Positions 9,550-19,896 of a stretch of DNA of 64,000 nucleotides are shown one piece after another. Position 1 is the first letter of the stretch; each line of letters starts with the position of its first letter. The stretch is taken from assembly GCA_963724295.1 (NCBI GenBank), contig CAVRUC010000007.1, positions 576,001 to 640,000 on the forward strand. The letters are read 5' to 3'. Position numbers and translations under genes: made by a program. The notes beneath the pieces are model-generated. The model saw nothing but the letters and a program-made list of their open reading frames with translations, had not been told where the DNA came from and searched no databases. The DNA is from an uncultured Chloroflexia bacterium. Lineage in GTDB: Bacteria; Chloroflexota; Chloroflexia; Thermomicrobiales; UBA6265.

Positions 9550-10830
9550 CCGTGCTCGAGTCTCGACCGTGCCGAGAGCTGGCCCACAAGGGTCACCGTG
9601 GCCATCGCCGCCAGCGCCCCGACGCCGAGTACCGCGAATGGAGCCGCCACGCCCGCGGCATCAGCGAGTGCGCCGACGGCGGCAGGACCGGCAACAAGTC
9701 CCACGTCACTGGAGAGGCGAACGGCGCCGACCGCGCGCCCGCCTCCCCCTCCCAGGCGAAGGATCAGGTCACCAGCCGAACTATTTCCAGCAACCTGGCC
9801 AACGGCGTACAAGGCCATTGGCGCGAGGAGCCAGGGTGCACTCGGCGCAAACGGCACCAGGAGCATGCCTACGCCGCCGACGCCGAAACCGATGGCCAAT
9901 GCCCGCGCGCCGCCGGCCTTGCGGATGATGCCGCCGATAGGAATTGCACTCGCGAGATGAACGACATTGACGAACAGGAGCATCATCCCCACCTGACCGG
10001 CATCGAACCCAAACTTCTCCGCCCCCAGCAAGGGCAGGGAGACGACCCAGATCGAATAGTTGACGAATACCAGGAGATTTGCCGCCACAGCCGCGACCTC
10101 GCCGGTTCGTGACGGGTGCACTGGGGCGCTGACGACTTCCTCGTTCATATGCCTGGTGCGAACGACCGCCGCTCTGCACCCGCGCCAACATCGACCCAGC
10201 CAGCAGCACGCCGGAAATGACCGTCGACAGCCAGAACACCGCCCGCCAACCAAGTTCGGCCGTCAGGTAGCCACCGGTGAGGAGCCCGGCGCTACCGCCG
10301 GCACCCGTGGAGAGGTTGAAGGCGGTCATCGCCGCGCCTCCGCCGGGACGAGCGCGGAGCACGGAGAGCAACCCGGCGGTTGCCAGGAGCGCTACCCCGA
10401 CGCCCTGGATGCCGCGCGCCGGAAGCAGTGTTACCTGGGACGTGGCCACCGCCGCCAGGCCTGAACCAAGCAAGAGCGCCGTGGACCCGGCGACCGCGGT
10501 CCATTTGGGTCCTGCACGCTCCACGAGCCATGCAGCGGGTAGATTCGTTATGAGACGCCCGGCGAAGAAGACAGAGAAGACCAGCCCCGCGCTGGTCGCA
10601 CTCAGCGCCAGCGATTCCTGAATGGCCGGCAGCGCCGGCGCCACGATGTCGACGCACCAGTAAGCGAAGAGCAAGATGGCAAGCGAGATTCGTTGCGGCA
10701 ACGCGGAGGATGCGTCTGTCGCCTCGGTCGCAATCGCACTCGACGCCTGCGCCCGCCCCTCTTCGCTAGCCGCCAGCCCGCTCACGCTGTCCCCGCTCTC
10801 CCGTGCCCTCTGACGCCGCGGAGCATACAT
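9546..10830 (-). CDS. MFS transporter, split by a frameshift near 10150-10190
   Basis: N-half (9781..10830) and C-half (9546..10253) ORFs are both multi-TM MFS-like and join in the central loop. Confidence 0.75.
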
Positions 10831-10882
10831 GCCCCCGGGAGGTCGCGCTTACCGCATCCAGGTCCGGTCTATCCTTGCCGTC

Positions 10883-12230
10883 ATGACCGAGCTACGGACC
10901 ACTCCGGCCACCGCGTTCCCGATCGATACGACCGTCCGCGATGCCCTGTACGACCGGATTCCCCTGGGTCGACCGGATATCGCCCTGATCGGCACGGTCT
11001 CCCTTCGTTCGGCTCGAGCGCATCCAACAGCTCGGGTTCGTCTCGCGGGTCTGGCCCGGCGCCCGGCATACCCGCTTCGAGCATTCGCTCGGGGTCATGC
11101 ATCTCACTCGGCTGGCGGTCGATCACATCAGAGGCACCCGGGAGGGCCAGTGGCTGACGGATGGTGACGCGCGCGTGGCTGTGGCCGCGGCGCTGCTGCA
11201 CGACATCGGGCACTATCCGTTTTCTCACGCCATCGAAGAGCTGGGGCCGCCGATCGTTCCGCACGAGCGTGGCGGCCGGCGTCTGATCGAGGGACCGCAG
11301 ATCGCTCCCATCCTGGAAGAGGCATGGGGCATCGATCCGCGTCGGGTCGCCAACATTGTCGATCCCGATGGAGCGAATCTGCCGCCTGCCGACCAATTGC
11401 TGCGCGGCGTTCTGTCCGGCGCGCTCGATATGGACAAGCTGGATTACCTGCCTCGCGACGCCCGGGCCTGCAATGTGCCGTACGGTGGCGTCGACAGCGC
11501 GCGACTGATCGATGCCCTCACCATCGCCAGGATCGAGCAACCGGGAGGCGATACCACCCTGCGCATCGCCATCGGCGAAAAGGGCATCAGTCCGCTTCAC
11601 TCGCTGATCAATGCGCGCCAGGAAATGTTCGACAACGTCTACTGGCATCACACGAACCGGGCCTGCATGGTCATGCTGCTGCGCGCCACGCAGGAGGCCC
11701 TCCTCGCCGGCGCACTGCAACCGGAAGAGCTGATCGGACATGACGACGACTCACTCTTGAAGCGCCTCACCTCTGAGGCGATGCCCGCCCCCACGCAACG
11801 CCTGGCGCGTGGCCTGCGTGACCGCCAGATTCACAAGCGGGCAGTCGAGATCGGATCACGTGCTTTCGAGCTCTACGCCAGACTCGGGAACCTTTTCTTC
11901 GATCCGCTGGCGCGACGCGACGTCGAGACGCGGCTTGCCGCGGCGTTGGCCGAGGAGATCGGAGAACCCGTTGCGGCTGAGGCGGTCCTGATCGACATTC
12001 CCAAACCGGAGCGCTGGCGCTCGGATGTGTGGGTCACCTTCGAGCGCCCGCCTGTCGGGTTCGAACGACTGATGCCGTGGCGCGACGTCGTCGGACTCAC
12101 CGACGACGACTTCAAGCGCTATGAGGAGCACCGCCGCCTGATCAGGATCGTCGCCGCCGAGCCGTACCGAGAGGCGCTTTCCCAGTCGTGGGAGAAGCTC
12201 CTGATGCCCCTCCTCGGAGCGGCGATCTAG
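10883..12230 (+). CDS. HD-domain phosphohydrolase (YdhJ/SAMHD1-like dNTPase), frameshifted near 11001
   Basis: VRDALY...(shift)...FVRLERIQQLGFVSRVWPGARHTRFEHSLGV, LLHDIGHYPFSH, LDMDKLDYLPRD, VYWHH. Confidence 0.88.
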
Positions 12231-12628
12231 TCGGCCGGCTCCGGGGAAATGAGCTCGACCTCGTTGCCGTCGGGATCGGTCACGTACATGGTGCGCACCG
12301 CCAGCACCGGGTGCTTCCCGTCGCGAACCTCGATGCCCGCGCTCGTCAACGTTGCCCGCGCCTCATCGAAGATGGCCTCCGGGACAGTCAGCGCCAAATG
12401 ATGAAGGGTGCGCGGTTCCCCGAAAGCCGCGGATCCGGGGGAAAGCGGCACCAGAACGAGGAGCGAGGGCACGCGGTCGGTCGCTTGTCCGGCGCGAAAG
12501 AAGATCGGACCCGGCTGGTCGGCCGGGGTCATCCGCTCCAGCCCCAGCAGGCCGCCGTAGAACGCGACGGCCCGTGAGGCATCGCGAACATTGAGCACGA
12601 CCTCGGCTAACCCGTCGATCTCAATCAT
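12227..12628 (-). CDS. VOC/glyoxalase family protein
   Basis: FYGGLLGL, HHLAL, YVTDPDGNEVEL. Confidence 0.88.
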   Translation of the reverse strand: MIEIDGLAEVVLNVRDASRAVAFYGGLLGLERMTPADQPGPIFFRAGQATDRVPSLLVLVPLSPGSAAFGEPRTLHHLALTVPEAIFDEARATLTSAGIEVRDGKHPVLAVRTMYVTDPDGNEVELISPEPAD

Positions 12629-12688
12629 GGTTCACTCCTTCGCTCGCCCCGCACAATTCGCCGTGTTCCCGGCTGGTAACCTCAGCAT

Positions 12689-12841
12689 ATGACGGGATTG
12701 GACGAGACGCCTCGAGACGACGCGCCGACCAGCACGCCGCAACGCCAATCGCGGTACTTCTGGACGACGGCTGCCCTGTCCATCGTGTTGCTGCTCCTGC
12801 TCTGTACCGTTCTCATCGTGATCGCGGCAACGCGGAGCTAG
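12689..12841 (+). CDS. Small single-pass membrane protein (50 aa), below the ORF track cut-off
   Basis: MTGLDETPRDDAPTSTPQRQSRYFWTTAALSIVLLLLLCTVLIVIAATRS; extended -10 TGGTAACCT ends 6 nt before ATG. Confidence 0.6.
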   Translation: MTGLDETPRDDAPTSTPQRQSRYFWTTAALSIVLLLLLCTVLIVIAATRS

Positions 12842-13008
12842 CATCTGGATCATTCCGGTCTGTCGTTTGTGTCTGCCATGAAGTCTGATAGGATGCCGCG
12901 GCTGTCCATCGGCCAGTTGCTGACCCAGATAGCAATCGCCGGGGAAGCGAAGGATCTGTCCAAACCGGCGCCAGGAGGCGTCGCGGGTGATAGTGAGGAG
13001 GCTCACCG

Positions 13009-13413
13009 ATGAGCGAGCGCGATCCACTCTCGATGTCGACCGACAACACAACCGACGGCGAAATGTATTCGGACACGGTCGAAGGCGGTCCCATCAGCCA
13101 GGCCATGATCGGCGACTCGGTTGTCGACTCGACCGGCAAGGAAGTCGGTACGGTCAAGTTCGTCAAGATGGGTGATCCGAACGCGGTGACGGATGAGGGC
13201 CAGGACGACGGCGACCCGGGACTCCTGGGGCTCGGCGATGACTCGTATGACATGGGCGACTTACCCGAGCAGGCTCGACACCAGCTCATGCGAGTCGGAT
13301 TCATCCACATCGACGTGTCGTGGGCTGACGATCGCTTTGCCGGTGCCGGCCAGATCGCCCGCGTCGAAAACAACACGGTCTACCTCACCGTTCCGGAGGC
13401 CGATCTTTTCTAG
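13009..13413 (+). CDS. Acidic hypothetical protein (PRC-barrel/DUF2171-like)
   Basis: SD GAGGAGG; VVDSTGKEVGTVK and IARVENNTVYL patterns. Confidence 0.7.
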   Translation: MSERDPLSMSTDNTTDGEMYSDTVEGGPISQAMIGDSVVDSTGKEVGTVKFVKMGDPNAVTDEGQDDGDPGLLGLGDDSYDMGDLPEQARHQLMRVGFIHIDVSWADDRFAGAGQIARVENNTVYLTVPEADLF

Positions 13414-13431
13414 GCGATGCGGTAGCGCGGT

Positions 13432-14397
13432 TCAGCCGCTGGCAAAGAGGTCTGAGCTCAGGTAGCGCGTGCCGGTATCGCAGGCGACTGTGGCCACCGT
13501 AAACCCCGGCGCCTCGGCGGCCAGCCGCAGCGCCGCCGCCACATTTGCGCCGGTCGAAAACCCGGCCAGGATTCCTTCTCGCCGCGCCAGCTCGCGCGCG
13601 GTGCTGACCGCGTCGTCGTCGAGGATCGGGATCGTCCCGTCGCACAGAGCGGCGTCCCACTGCGGCGGGATCATGGCGTAGCCCGCGCCCTGCAATTTGT
13701 GCGCGGCATCGGTGACTACCCGCCCGGCCAGGGCCTGCGCTCCTGCGGGCTCCACGGCGAGGCAGCGGATCGCCTAGTTGCGCGCCTTGAGCGCTCGCGC
13801 GATGCCGATGAATGTGCCGCCGGTGCCGACGATGGCCACGAACGCGTCCAGGCGGCCTCCGGACTGCTGCCACAGTTCCGGTCCCGTCCCCAGTTCATGG
13901 GCGCGCGGGTTCGAGGAGTTAGCGAATTGATCGGGGCGCCATGCGCCCAGCTCGTCGACGAGCTCCACGGTTCGCAGCTCGACCAGCGCCAGATCCTCGC
14001 CGCTGACCTGCCCGGGCGTTCCCCCGGGCGCCTGTGGCACCAGCTCGATCTCGGCGCCGTAGGCCGCGAGCAGCTGCCGCCGCTCCGGGCTGTTTCCCTC
14101 GCTCATCACGGCGATCATGCGGTAGCCCATGATCGAGCAGGCGACGGCCAGACCGATGCCCATGTTGCCGCTGGTCAGCTCGACGACGACCATGCCAGGA
14201 CGGAGCCGGCCATCTCGCTCCGCTTCTTTCAGGCATTGCAGCGCCGCGCGATCCTTGATGCTTCCGCCGGGATTCATCGACTCCAGCTTGAGCAGGACGC
14301 GGCCGGGAAGCCCCTCCGCGAGCCGATCGAGCCAGACAGCGGGCGTCGCGCCGATGGCGTCAACAATCGAGTCCACAGCCGGTGGAACGATCGACAT
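13432..14397 (-). CDS. cysK: Cysteine synthase family PLP enzyme with an in-frame TAG at 13776-13774
   Basis: NPGGSIKDR, TSGNMG, GTGGT, then LKARN*AIRCLAVEP and HKLQG...EGILAGFSTGAN continuing in the same frame. Confidence 0.8.
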
Positions 14398-14474
14398 CCT
14401 GCTCCGTCCTTGTCGGAATCGCTGGTCACGGCGCGACCGGTGAGCCGAGGACCCCTGGCTATACTGGCCCGAGT

Positions 14475-15248
14475 ATGCCTGAGATCACCTTCCTCGGCAC
14501 CGGGACCTCCAACGGCATTCCGGTGATCGGCTGCGACTGCGATGTGTGCCGCTCGACCGACCCTCGTGACCGGCGCACCCGCACGTCCGCGCTGGTCCGC
14601 TATGACGGGCACGCGGTCCTCATCGATACCGCTACGGAGTTGCGCGCTCAGGCGCTTGCCAGCGATGTGCGCCGGGTCGACGCGGTCCTCATGACGCACG
14701 CCCACGCCGACCATACTGGAGGCTTCGACGATCTTCGGCGTTTCAACGAGTTACAGGGTGCGCATATCCCGGTCTTTGCCGATCCCGGCACGGCATCGAT
14801 GCTCCGGGAGCGCTATGCCTACACCTTTACCGATCTCTATCCGTTCTACGGCGGCAAACCGGACCTGCTCTTGCACGAGATCGATGGTCCCTTCGAACTC
14901 TTCGGGCAGGAGATTGTCCCGATTCCGATCTTGCACGGGCGACTTCCGATCACCGGCTTTCGCTTTGGCGATCTGGCGTACATCACTGATGCCAAAGAAA
15001 TTCCCGCCGCGTCCCTGGAGCTGCTCCGCGATCTCGACGTACTCGTCCTGAACGCGCTGCGCGCGCGCAGTCACCCGACGCACCTGAGCTTTTCGGAGGC
15101 CATTGCAATCATCCAAACCGTGCGGCCCCGTCGCGCCTACCTGGTTCACCTCTCGCACGAGACGAGTCATGCCGATGCCGAGCGCCTCCTTCCCGCGGGT
15201 ATCGAGATCGCCTGGGACGGCCTCGTGGTAGCGTCCGACGACAGTTGA
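14475..15248 (+). CDS. MBL-fold metallohydrolase (PhnP/LipB-like phosphodiesterase)
   Basis: FLGTGTSNGIPVIGCDCDVC, THAHADH, AYITD, HLSH. Confidence 0.92.
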   Translation: MPEITFLGTGTSNGIPVIGCDCDVCRSTDPRDRRTRTSALVRYDGHAVLIDTATELRAQALASDVRRVDAVLMTHAHADHTGGFDDLRRFNELQGAHIPVFADPGTASMLRERYAYTFTDLYPFYGGKPDLLLHEIDGPFELFGQEIVPIPILHGRLPITGFRFGDLAYITDAKEIPAASLELLRDLDVLVLNALRARSHPTHLSFSEAIAIIQTVRPRRAYLVHLSHETSHADAERLLPAGIEIAWDGLVVASDDS

Positions 15249-15300
15249 GAGTCTCAAAGCTGAGATGCTCTCCCCTTCCGCAAGGGAGCGTTTTTCCACC

Positions 15301-16200
15301 ATGACTGGCCGAAGCGAGGGTTACATCAACGTTGGTGATGGCCGCGTCTGGTATGAGAGCGCGGGCACGGGTAATCGGACGCTTCTGCTGCTCCACGGTG
15401 GACCGGGCGGCAACTCCGAGGATCTGTCACCGTTTCTGGATCTTGCCGCCGAAGGCTTTCGCGTCGTCCGCTACGATCAGCTCGGCTCCTGGCGCTCCGA
15501 CAAACCGAATGACCCGTCCCTCTGGCGGGTTCCACGGTTCGTCGCCGAGGTCGAGACGGTTCGCCAGGCGCTCGATCTCGGGCAGATGCATCTGCTGGGT
15601 CAATCATGGGGCGCGTTCCTGGCCATCGAGTACGCGCTTCACTTCGGCAAGCATCTGAGGAGTCTGACACTTGCCTCCGGCGCGGCCAGCACCCGCGAAT
15701 GCATTGCCGGGATGAATTCCTGGCGCCGGGAACTACCGCTTGAGACGCAGGAAACCCTGGCTCGGCACGAGGTGAACCGGGACTACAGCCACCCGGACTA
15801 TCTCGAGGCCATGGATACGCTGTATCGTCGCAATTTCTGCCGGGTTTGGCCGTGGCCCACGCTCCTCAAGCGTGCATCCGAGCACATGGCCATGCCGATC
15901 TACACGACGATGTGGGGACCAAACGAGTTCACCTGCACCGGGACCCTGCTGGACTGGGACCGCACCGACCGGCTGGGAGAGATCACAACCCCGACGCTCA
16001 TAACGGTCGGAGAGTTCGATGAGGTCCACCCGTCATGCGCGCGCACGCTTCAGGCAGGAATTCCCGGATCGGTGTTGGAGATATTCCCGGGATGCGGTCA
16101 CGCCGTCCATCTAGAAGACCATGAGCACTACCGGGAGGTATTGCTCAGATTTCTTGACCGCGTCGATGCCGCCTGGGGTGTGAATTCAACGACACCGTGA
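15301..16200 (+). CDS. Proline iminopeptidase family hydrolase
   Basis: HGGPG, YDQLG, GQSWG, MWGPNEF, GEFDE. Confidence 0.9.
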   Translation: MTGRSEGYINVGDGRVWYESAGTGNRTLLLLHGGPGGNSEDLSPFLDLAAEGFRVVRYDQLGSWRSDKPNDPSLWRVPRFVAEVETVRQALDLGQMHLLGQSWGAFLAIEYALHFGKHLRSLTLASGAASTRECIAGMNSWRRELPLETQETLARHEVNRDYSHPDYLEAMDTLYRRNFCRVWPWPTLLKRASEHMAMPIYTTMWGPNEFTCTGTLLDWDRTDRLGEITTPTLITVGEFDEVHPSCARTLQAGIPGSVLEIFPGCGHAVHLEDHEHYREVLLRFLDRVDAAWGVNSTTP

Positions 16201-16554
16201 AATCCGCGACGCAAATCAGAAGAGGAAACACGCCGAATGACACAGCTGACGAGCGCTGCGCCGTTGGGACTCCAGCCCTCAGGGCGCTCGAACCGCGGCA
16301 CTGTGTTGCCTGCCATTTCGCCGAAACTCTCCAATCCGCCGTGGAAACGACCTGAACATGAACTATCCAGGAATCCAGGCTTTGTTATGATCGGCAGGAG
16401 CACGGGAAGTCTGGTCAGTGCGTCGCGAGTCTGGCGATGCCTGTCCTCGGGTTCTCGCGATGACGTCCGCTCTGGTCCGCCCCGATAGACACGTGGGTCG
16501 CGCGATGGCTCTAGACCATGTCGATGGCGTCGGGATGCGATCTGGCTCGGTCCG

Positions 16555-17694
16555 ATGAAGATCGCCCTGGTATCCCCGTATGACACTGCACACCCCGGCG
16601 GGGTGTTCGAGCATATTGCCCATTTACGCACCGAGTTCGTGCGGCATGGACACGACGTGACCGTGCTCGCCCCTCGCGGCCGCAAGGGCGGCCTGGAAGT
16701 GCGTGACGGGTTTTACGGGATCGGGCGGACCGTGCCCATCCCAGCCAACGGAAGCACCGTCCGCGTGACGTTCGACGTGACCCTCTACGCGGCCGTCAAG
16801 GCGCTTCTTCGCCAGGAACAGTTCGACGTCGTCCATCTCCATGAACCGCTCATTCCTGTCCTGCCGTATCTGGTGCTGCTCAATTCGCGTTCGGTGAACG
16901 TGGCGACGTTCCACGCGTTTCGCGCCTCGAGTCCGTGGTACACCGCCTTCAAGCCGTACATGACCTTCATGATGTCCCGCCTCGACGCGCGCATTGCCGT
17001 CTCCGAGCCGGCACGCGACTTCGTCAGCCAGTATTTTCACGGTCCGTACGACATCGTTCCCAATGGCATCGACGTGGACCGGTTCCGTGATGTCGAGCCG
17101 TTCACCTGGGCGCGCGACGACATTCCCCGCATCCTCTTCGTGGGCAGGTACAACGAGCCGCGAAAGGGCTTCAAGTACCTTCTGCGCGCCATGCCATCGA
17201 TCCACCAGCAATTTCCCGATGCCAGGCTGGTGGTTGCGGGTGGGGGCAAGCGGGACCGGTTCGACGGGCTCATGGAGCGCTACGACGTGCGCAATGTCGA
17301 TTTCGTCGGACTCGTCACGCCAGAGGAGCTCCCGCGCTACTACGCGAGCTGCGACCTGTTCTGTGCCCCCTCGATATCCGGAGAGAGCTTCGGTATCGTG
17401 CTGCTCGAAGCGATGGCATCGAGCAGACCCGTTGTCGCCGGAGACATTCCAGGCTATCGCAGCGTCATGACCAACGGGAAGGAAGGGTTGCTGGCGACAC
17501 CCAAGAATCCGCATGCGCTGGCGTTGGCGATCGTCCGGTTGCTGGCGGACGCGCCGTTGCGACAGCGGATGGCCATCGCGGGTCTAGAGACTGCCAGCCA
17601 CTATGCCTGGCCCGAAATCGCCTCCCGGGTTCTCGCGGTCTATGACCGGGCCTTTCAGGCCTCTGCCGCTCCTCGATTGACCGGCGTATTGTGA
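16555..17694 (+). CDS. pimA: GT4 glycosyltransferase, PimA-like phosphatidylinositol mannosyltransferase
   Basis: SPYD..PGGV, PANGS, HLHEP, ATFH, EPRKG, GESFGIVLLEAMA; adjacent to a PI-synthase-like gene. Confidence 0.75.
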   Translation: MKIALVSPYDTAHPGGVFEHIAHLRTEFVRHGHDVTVLAPRGRKGGLEVRDGFYGIGRTVPIPANGSTVRVTFDVTLYAAVKALLRQEQFDVVHLHEPLIPVLPYLVLLNSRSVNVATFHAFRASSPWYTAFKPYMTFMMSRLDARIAVSEPARDFVSQYFHGPYDIVPNGIDVDRFRDVEPFTWARDDIPRILFVGRYNEPRKGFKYLLRAMPSIHQQFPDARLVVAGGGKRDRFDGLMERYDVRNVDFVGLVTPEELPRYYASCDLFCAPSISGESFGIVLLEAMASSRPVVAGDIPGYRSVMTNGKEGLLATPKNPHALALAIVRLLADAPLRQRMAIAGLETASHYAWPEIASRVLAVYDRAFQASAAPRLTGVL

Positions 17695-17704
17695 TGGACC
17701 GCGC

Positions 17705-18304
17705 GTGATCTCCGAGCTGATTGGCGCACGCATCAGGAACTCCACGCTGCGCCTCGGCGAGACTCTCGCGCGTTGGGGACTGACGCCGAATCTGCTCACC
17801 GCGATCGGCCTCCTGCTCAATCTGCTCGTCGCGGCGGTCATCGCCAGCGGCAGCCTGCGGGCCGGCGGCGCGCTCCTGCTGCTTGCCAGCGGCTTCGATA
17901 TGCTCGACGGCGCGGTTGCCCGGGCTTCCGGAACCGTAACGAAGTTCGGCGGCTTTCTCGACTCGACGATCGACCGGTACTCGGAATCGCTCGTCTACGT
18001 CGGCGTGCTGGTCTACCTGCTCGGTACGCGGGACTACCACCTTGGCTCGCTGCTGGTCATCGTCGCCACGGCGGGTTCGCTCCTCATCAGCTACGCGCGC
18101 GCCCGAGCCGAGGCAGCAGGATTCAGAGCCTCGGTCGGTCTCCTGGCGCGGCCGGAACGCGTGCTGATCCTCGCCGTTGGCCTGCTCACGGGATATGTCA
18201 TTCCGGCGCTGTGGGTTCTCGCCGTTGGCACCCACCTCACCGTCGTGACCCGGATGGCCCATGTTTGGCGCCTGGCACGAACGACCGAGCCGCGAGCCGG
18301 CTGA
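17705..18304 (+). CDS. pgsA: CDP-alcohol phosphatidyltransferase (phosphatidylinositol-phosphate synthase-like)
   Basis: DMLDGAVAR...GGFLDSTIDR signature; ISYARARAE, RPER. Confidence 0.8.
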   Translation: MISELIGARIRNSTLRLGETLARWGLTPNLLTAIGLLLNLLVAAVIASGSLRAGGALLLLASGFDMLDGAVARASGTVTKFGGFLDSTIDRYSESLVYVGVLVYLLGTRDYHLGSLLVIVATAGSLLISYARARAEAAGFRASVGLLARPERVLILAVGLLTGYVIPALWVLAVGTHLTVVTRMAHVWRLARTTEPRAG

Positions 18305-18307
18305 GGC

Positions 18308-18517
18308 GTGGACGCCCGCGATGGGGACAATGGACGCGCTCCCGGCGACGGTGATGAAGCCGCCGCGGACGAGCTGGACGCCGATGGGGTGCTCAGCTCA
18401 CCGGCGGACATCGAGTCCGCCGGGCGATCCTGCATGGCGATCCTCGTGCTGGCGGCGATCATCTTTCTCCTCCTCTGCGTCTGGCTCGGGTTACGCTCCA
18501 CCGGAGTGGGTCAGTAG
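18308..18517 (+). CDS. Small membrane protein with an acidic N-terminus and a C-terminal TM
   Basis: Starts 4 nt after the pgsA stop; hydrophobic C-terminus. Confidence 0.6.
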   Translation: MDARDGDNGRAPGDGDEAAADELDADGVLSSPADIESAGRSCMAILVLAAIIFLLLCVWLGLRSTGVGQ

Positions 18518-18598
18518 CAGATTGCTCCGCGACTCGTGGATTGGCGATGCTATGATCGGCAGGAACCGACGTCCTTCGAGACAGGGAGCACACCCGCG

Positions 18599-19501
18599 AT
18601 GACTGCACACGACAACGGCCGCGCCAACGGGAGCGGGGGCGCCGGTCTCGACGTCGCGATCGTCCAGATGAACTCACGGGACGACAAGCGCGACAACATC
18701 GCCACGGCTCTCGATCTGATCGACCGTGCGGCGGCGACCGGCGCGCGCCTGGTCGCGTTGCCCGAAGTCTGGCCCTATCTCGGCCCGGACGAAGTGGTCC
18801 TCGACCAGGCGGAGACGATTCCGGGTCCGATCACCGAGTTGTTTGCCGAGCGCGCGCGGCGCCACGGGATCTACATTCACGGGGGCAGCATCTACGAGAA
18901 GCGTCCGGGTGACCCGGGGATCTACAACACCACCTTCGTCCTCGATCCCATGGGTGAGATCATCGCCCGCTACAGCAAGATCCACATGTATGACGTCGTG
19001 CTCGATGGCGTTGCCGAGTATCAGGAGTCGGCGTCAATCACTCCCGGCGACGAGATCGCCATCACCGAGATCGACGGCGTTGCGGTCGGCCTCACGATTT
19101 GCTACGACCTGCGCTTCCCGGAGCTCTTTCGCATCCTGGCCCTGAGGGGCGCTCAAGCGATCATGCTGCCGGCCGCGTTTACCCTGATGACCGGCAAGGA
19201 CCATTGGGAGCCGCTGATCCGCGCCCGCGCCATCGAGAACGAGCTCTACATGATCGCCCCCGCACAGTGGGGCACCCACCCGCCTGGCAAGTGGTGCTAC
19301 GGGCGTTCGATGATCGTCGACCCGTGGGGCACGGTGGTAACAACTGCGTCCGACGGCGTCGGCATCGCCAACGCAACCGTCGAGCCGTCGCGTGTCGAGG
19401 CCGTCCGCCGTCAAATTCCATCGCTGGCGAACCGGCGCCCCGGGGCCTACAAGTGGCCGGAAGAATCGGCATCCCTCGCGACAGGACGCCTCGCGTTCTG
19501 A
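18599..19501 (+). CDS. Carbon-nitrogen hydrolase (Nit1/deaminated glutathione amidase-like)
   Basis: ALPE, YSKIHMYD, ICYDLRFPE, ARAIEN, YGRSMIVDPWG. Confidence 0.92.
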   Translation: MTAHDNGRANGSGGAGLDVAIVQMNSRDDKRDNIATALDLIDRAAATGARLVALPEVWPYLGPDEVVLDQAETIPGPITELFAERARRHGIYIHGGSIYEKRPGDPGIYNTTFVLDPMGEIIARYSKIHMYDVVLDGVAEYQESASITPGDEIAITEIDGVAVGLTICYDLRFPELFRILALRGAQAIMLPAAFTLMTGKDHWEPLIRARAIENELYMIAPAQWGTHPPGKWCYGRSMIVDPWGTVVTTASDGVGIANATVEPSRVEAVRRQIPSLANRRPGAYKWPEESASLATGRLAF

Positions 19502-19521
19502 TCCCACACCACCCCAGCGCG

Positions 19522-19824
19522 TTGAGAACCGCCGGTCTCGCGTTCGCGGCGGCCCTGCTGATGGCATCGTGTCAGGAGAACACCGGGGAGCCGACGCTGC
19601 AGCCTGCCCCGACCCTCCCGGTTGTGACCGCCACCGCGGGCCCGCCACCGGTCCCGACCCTTGGTGAGCAGCAGCGTTATGTCGTACGAGAAGGGGACAC
19701 GCTTTCGGGGATCGCGGCCCGCTTCGGCGTGTCGGAAGATGCGATCCTCAAGGAAAACCCCCTCTCCGACCGCGATCGACTCCTGGTTGGGCAGGAACTG
19801 GTAATTCCGCCCGCCCAACCATGA
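19522..19824 (+). CDS. LysM-domain lipoprotein
   Basis: Lipobox-like LMASC, Pro/Thr linker, YVVREGDTLSGIAARFGVS...LLVGQELVIP; start uncertain. Confidence 0.82.
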   Translation: MRTAGLAFAAALLMASCQENTGEPTLQPAPTLPVVTATAGPPPVPTLGEQQRYVVREGDTLSGIAARFGVSEDAILKENPLSDRDRLLVGQELVIPPAQP

Positions 19825-19861
19825 GTCGCCTGCACCAGGACCGAGATCCTGAGTCATTCCC

Positions 19862-19890
19862 TTGACCCATTCCTGGGGTCATGGTACCGT
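19862..19890 (+). promoter_or_regulatory. Sigma70-type promoter
   Basis: TTGACC-17 bp-TACCGT with an extended TG. Confidence 0.6.
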
Positions 19891-19896
19891 TCCCTT

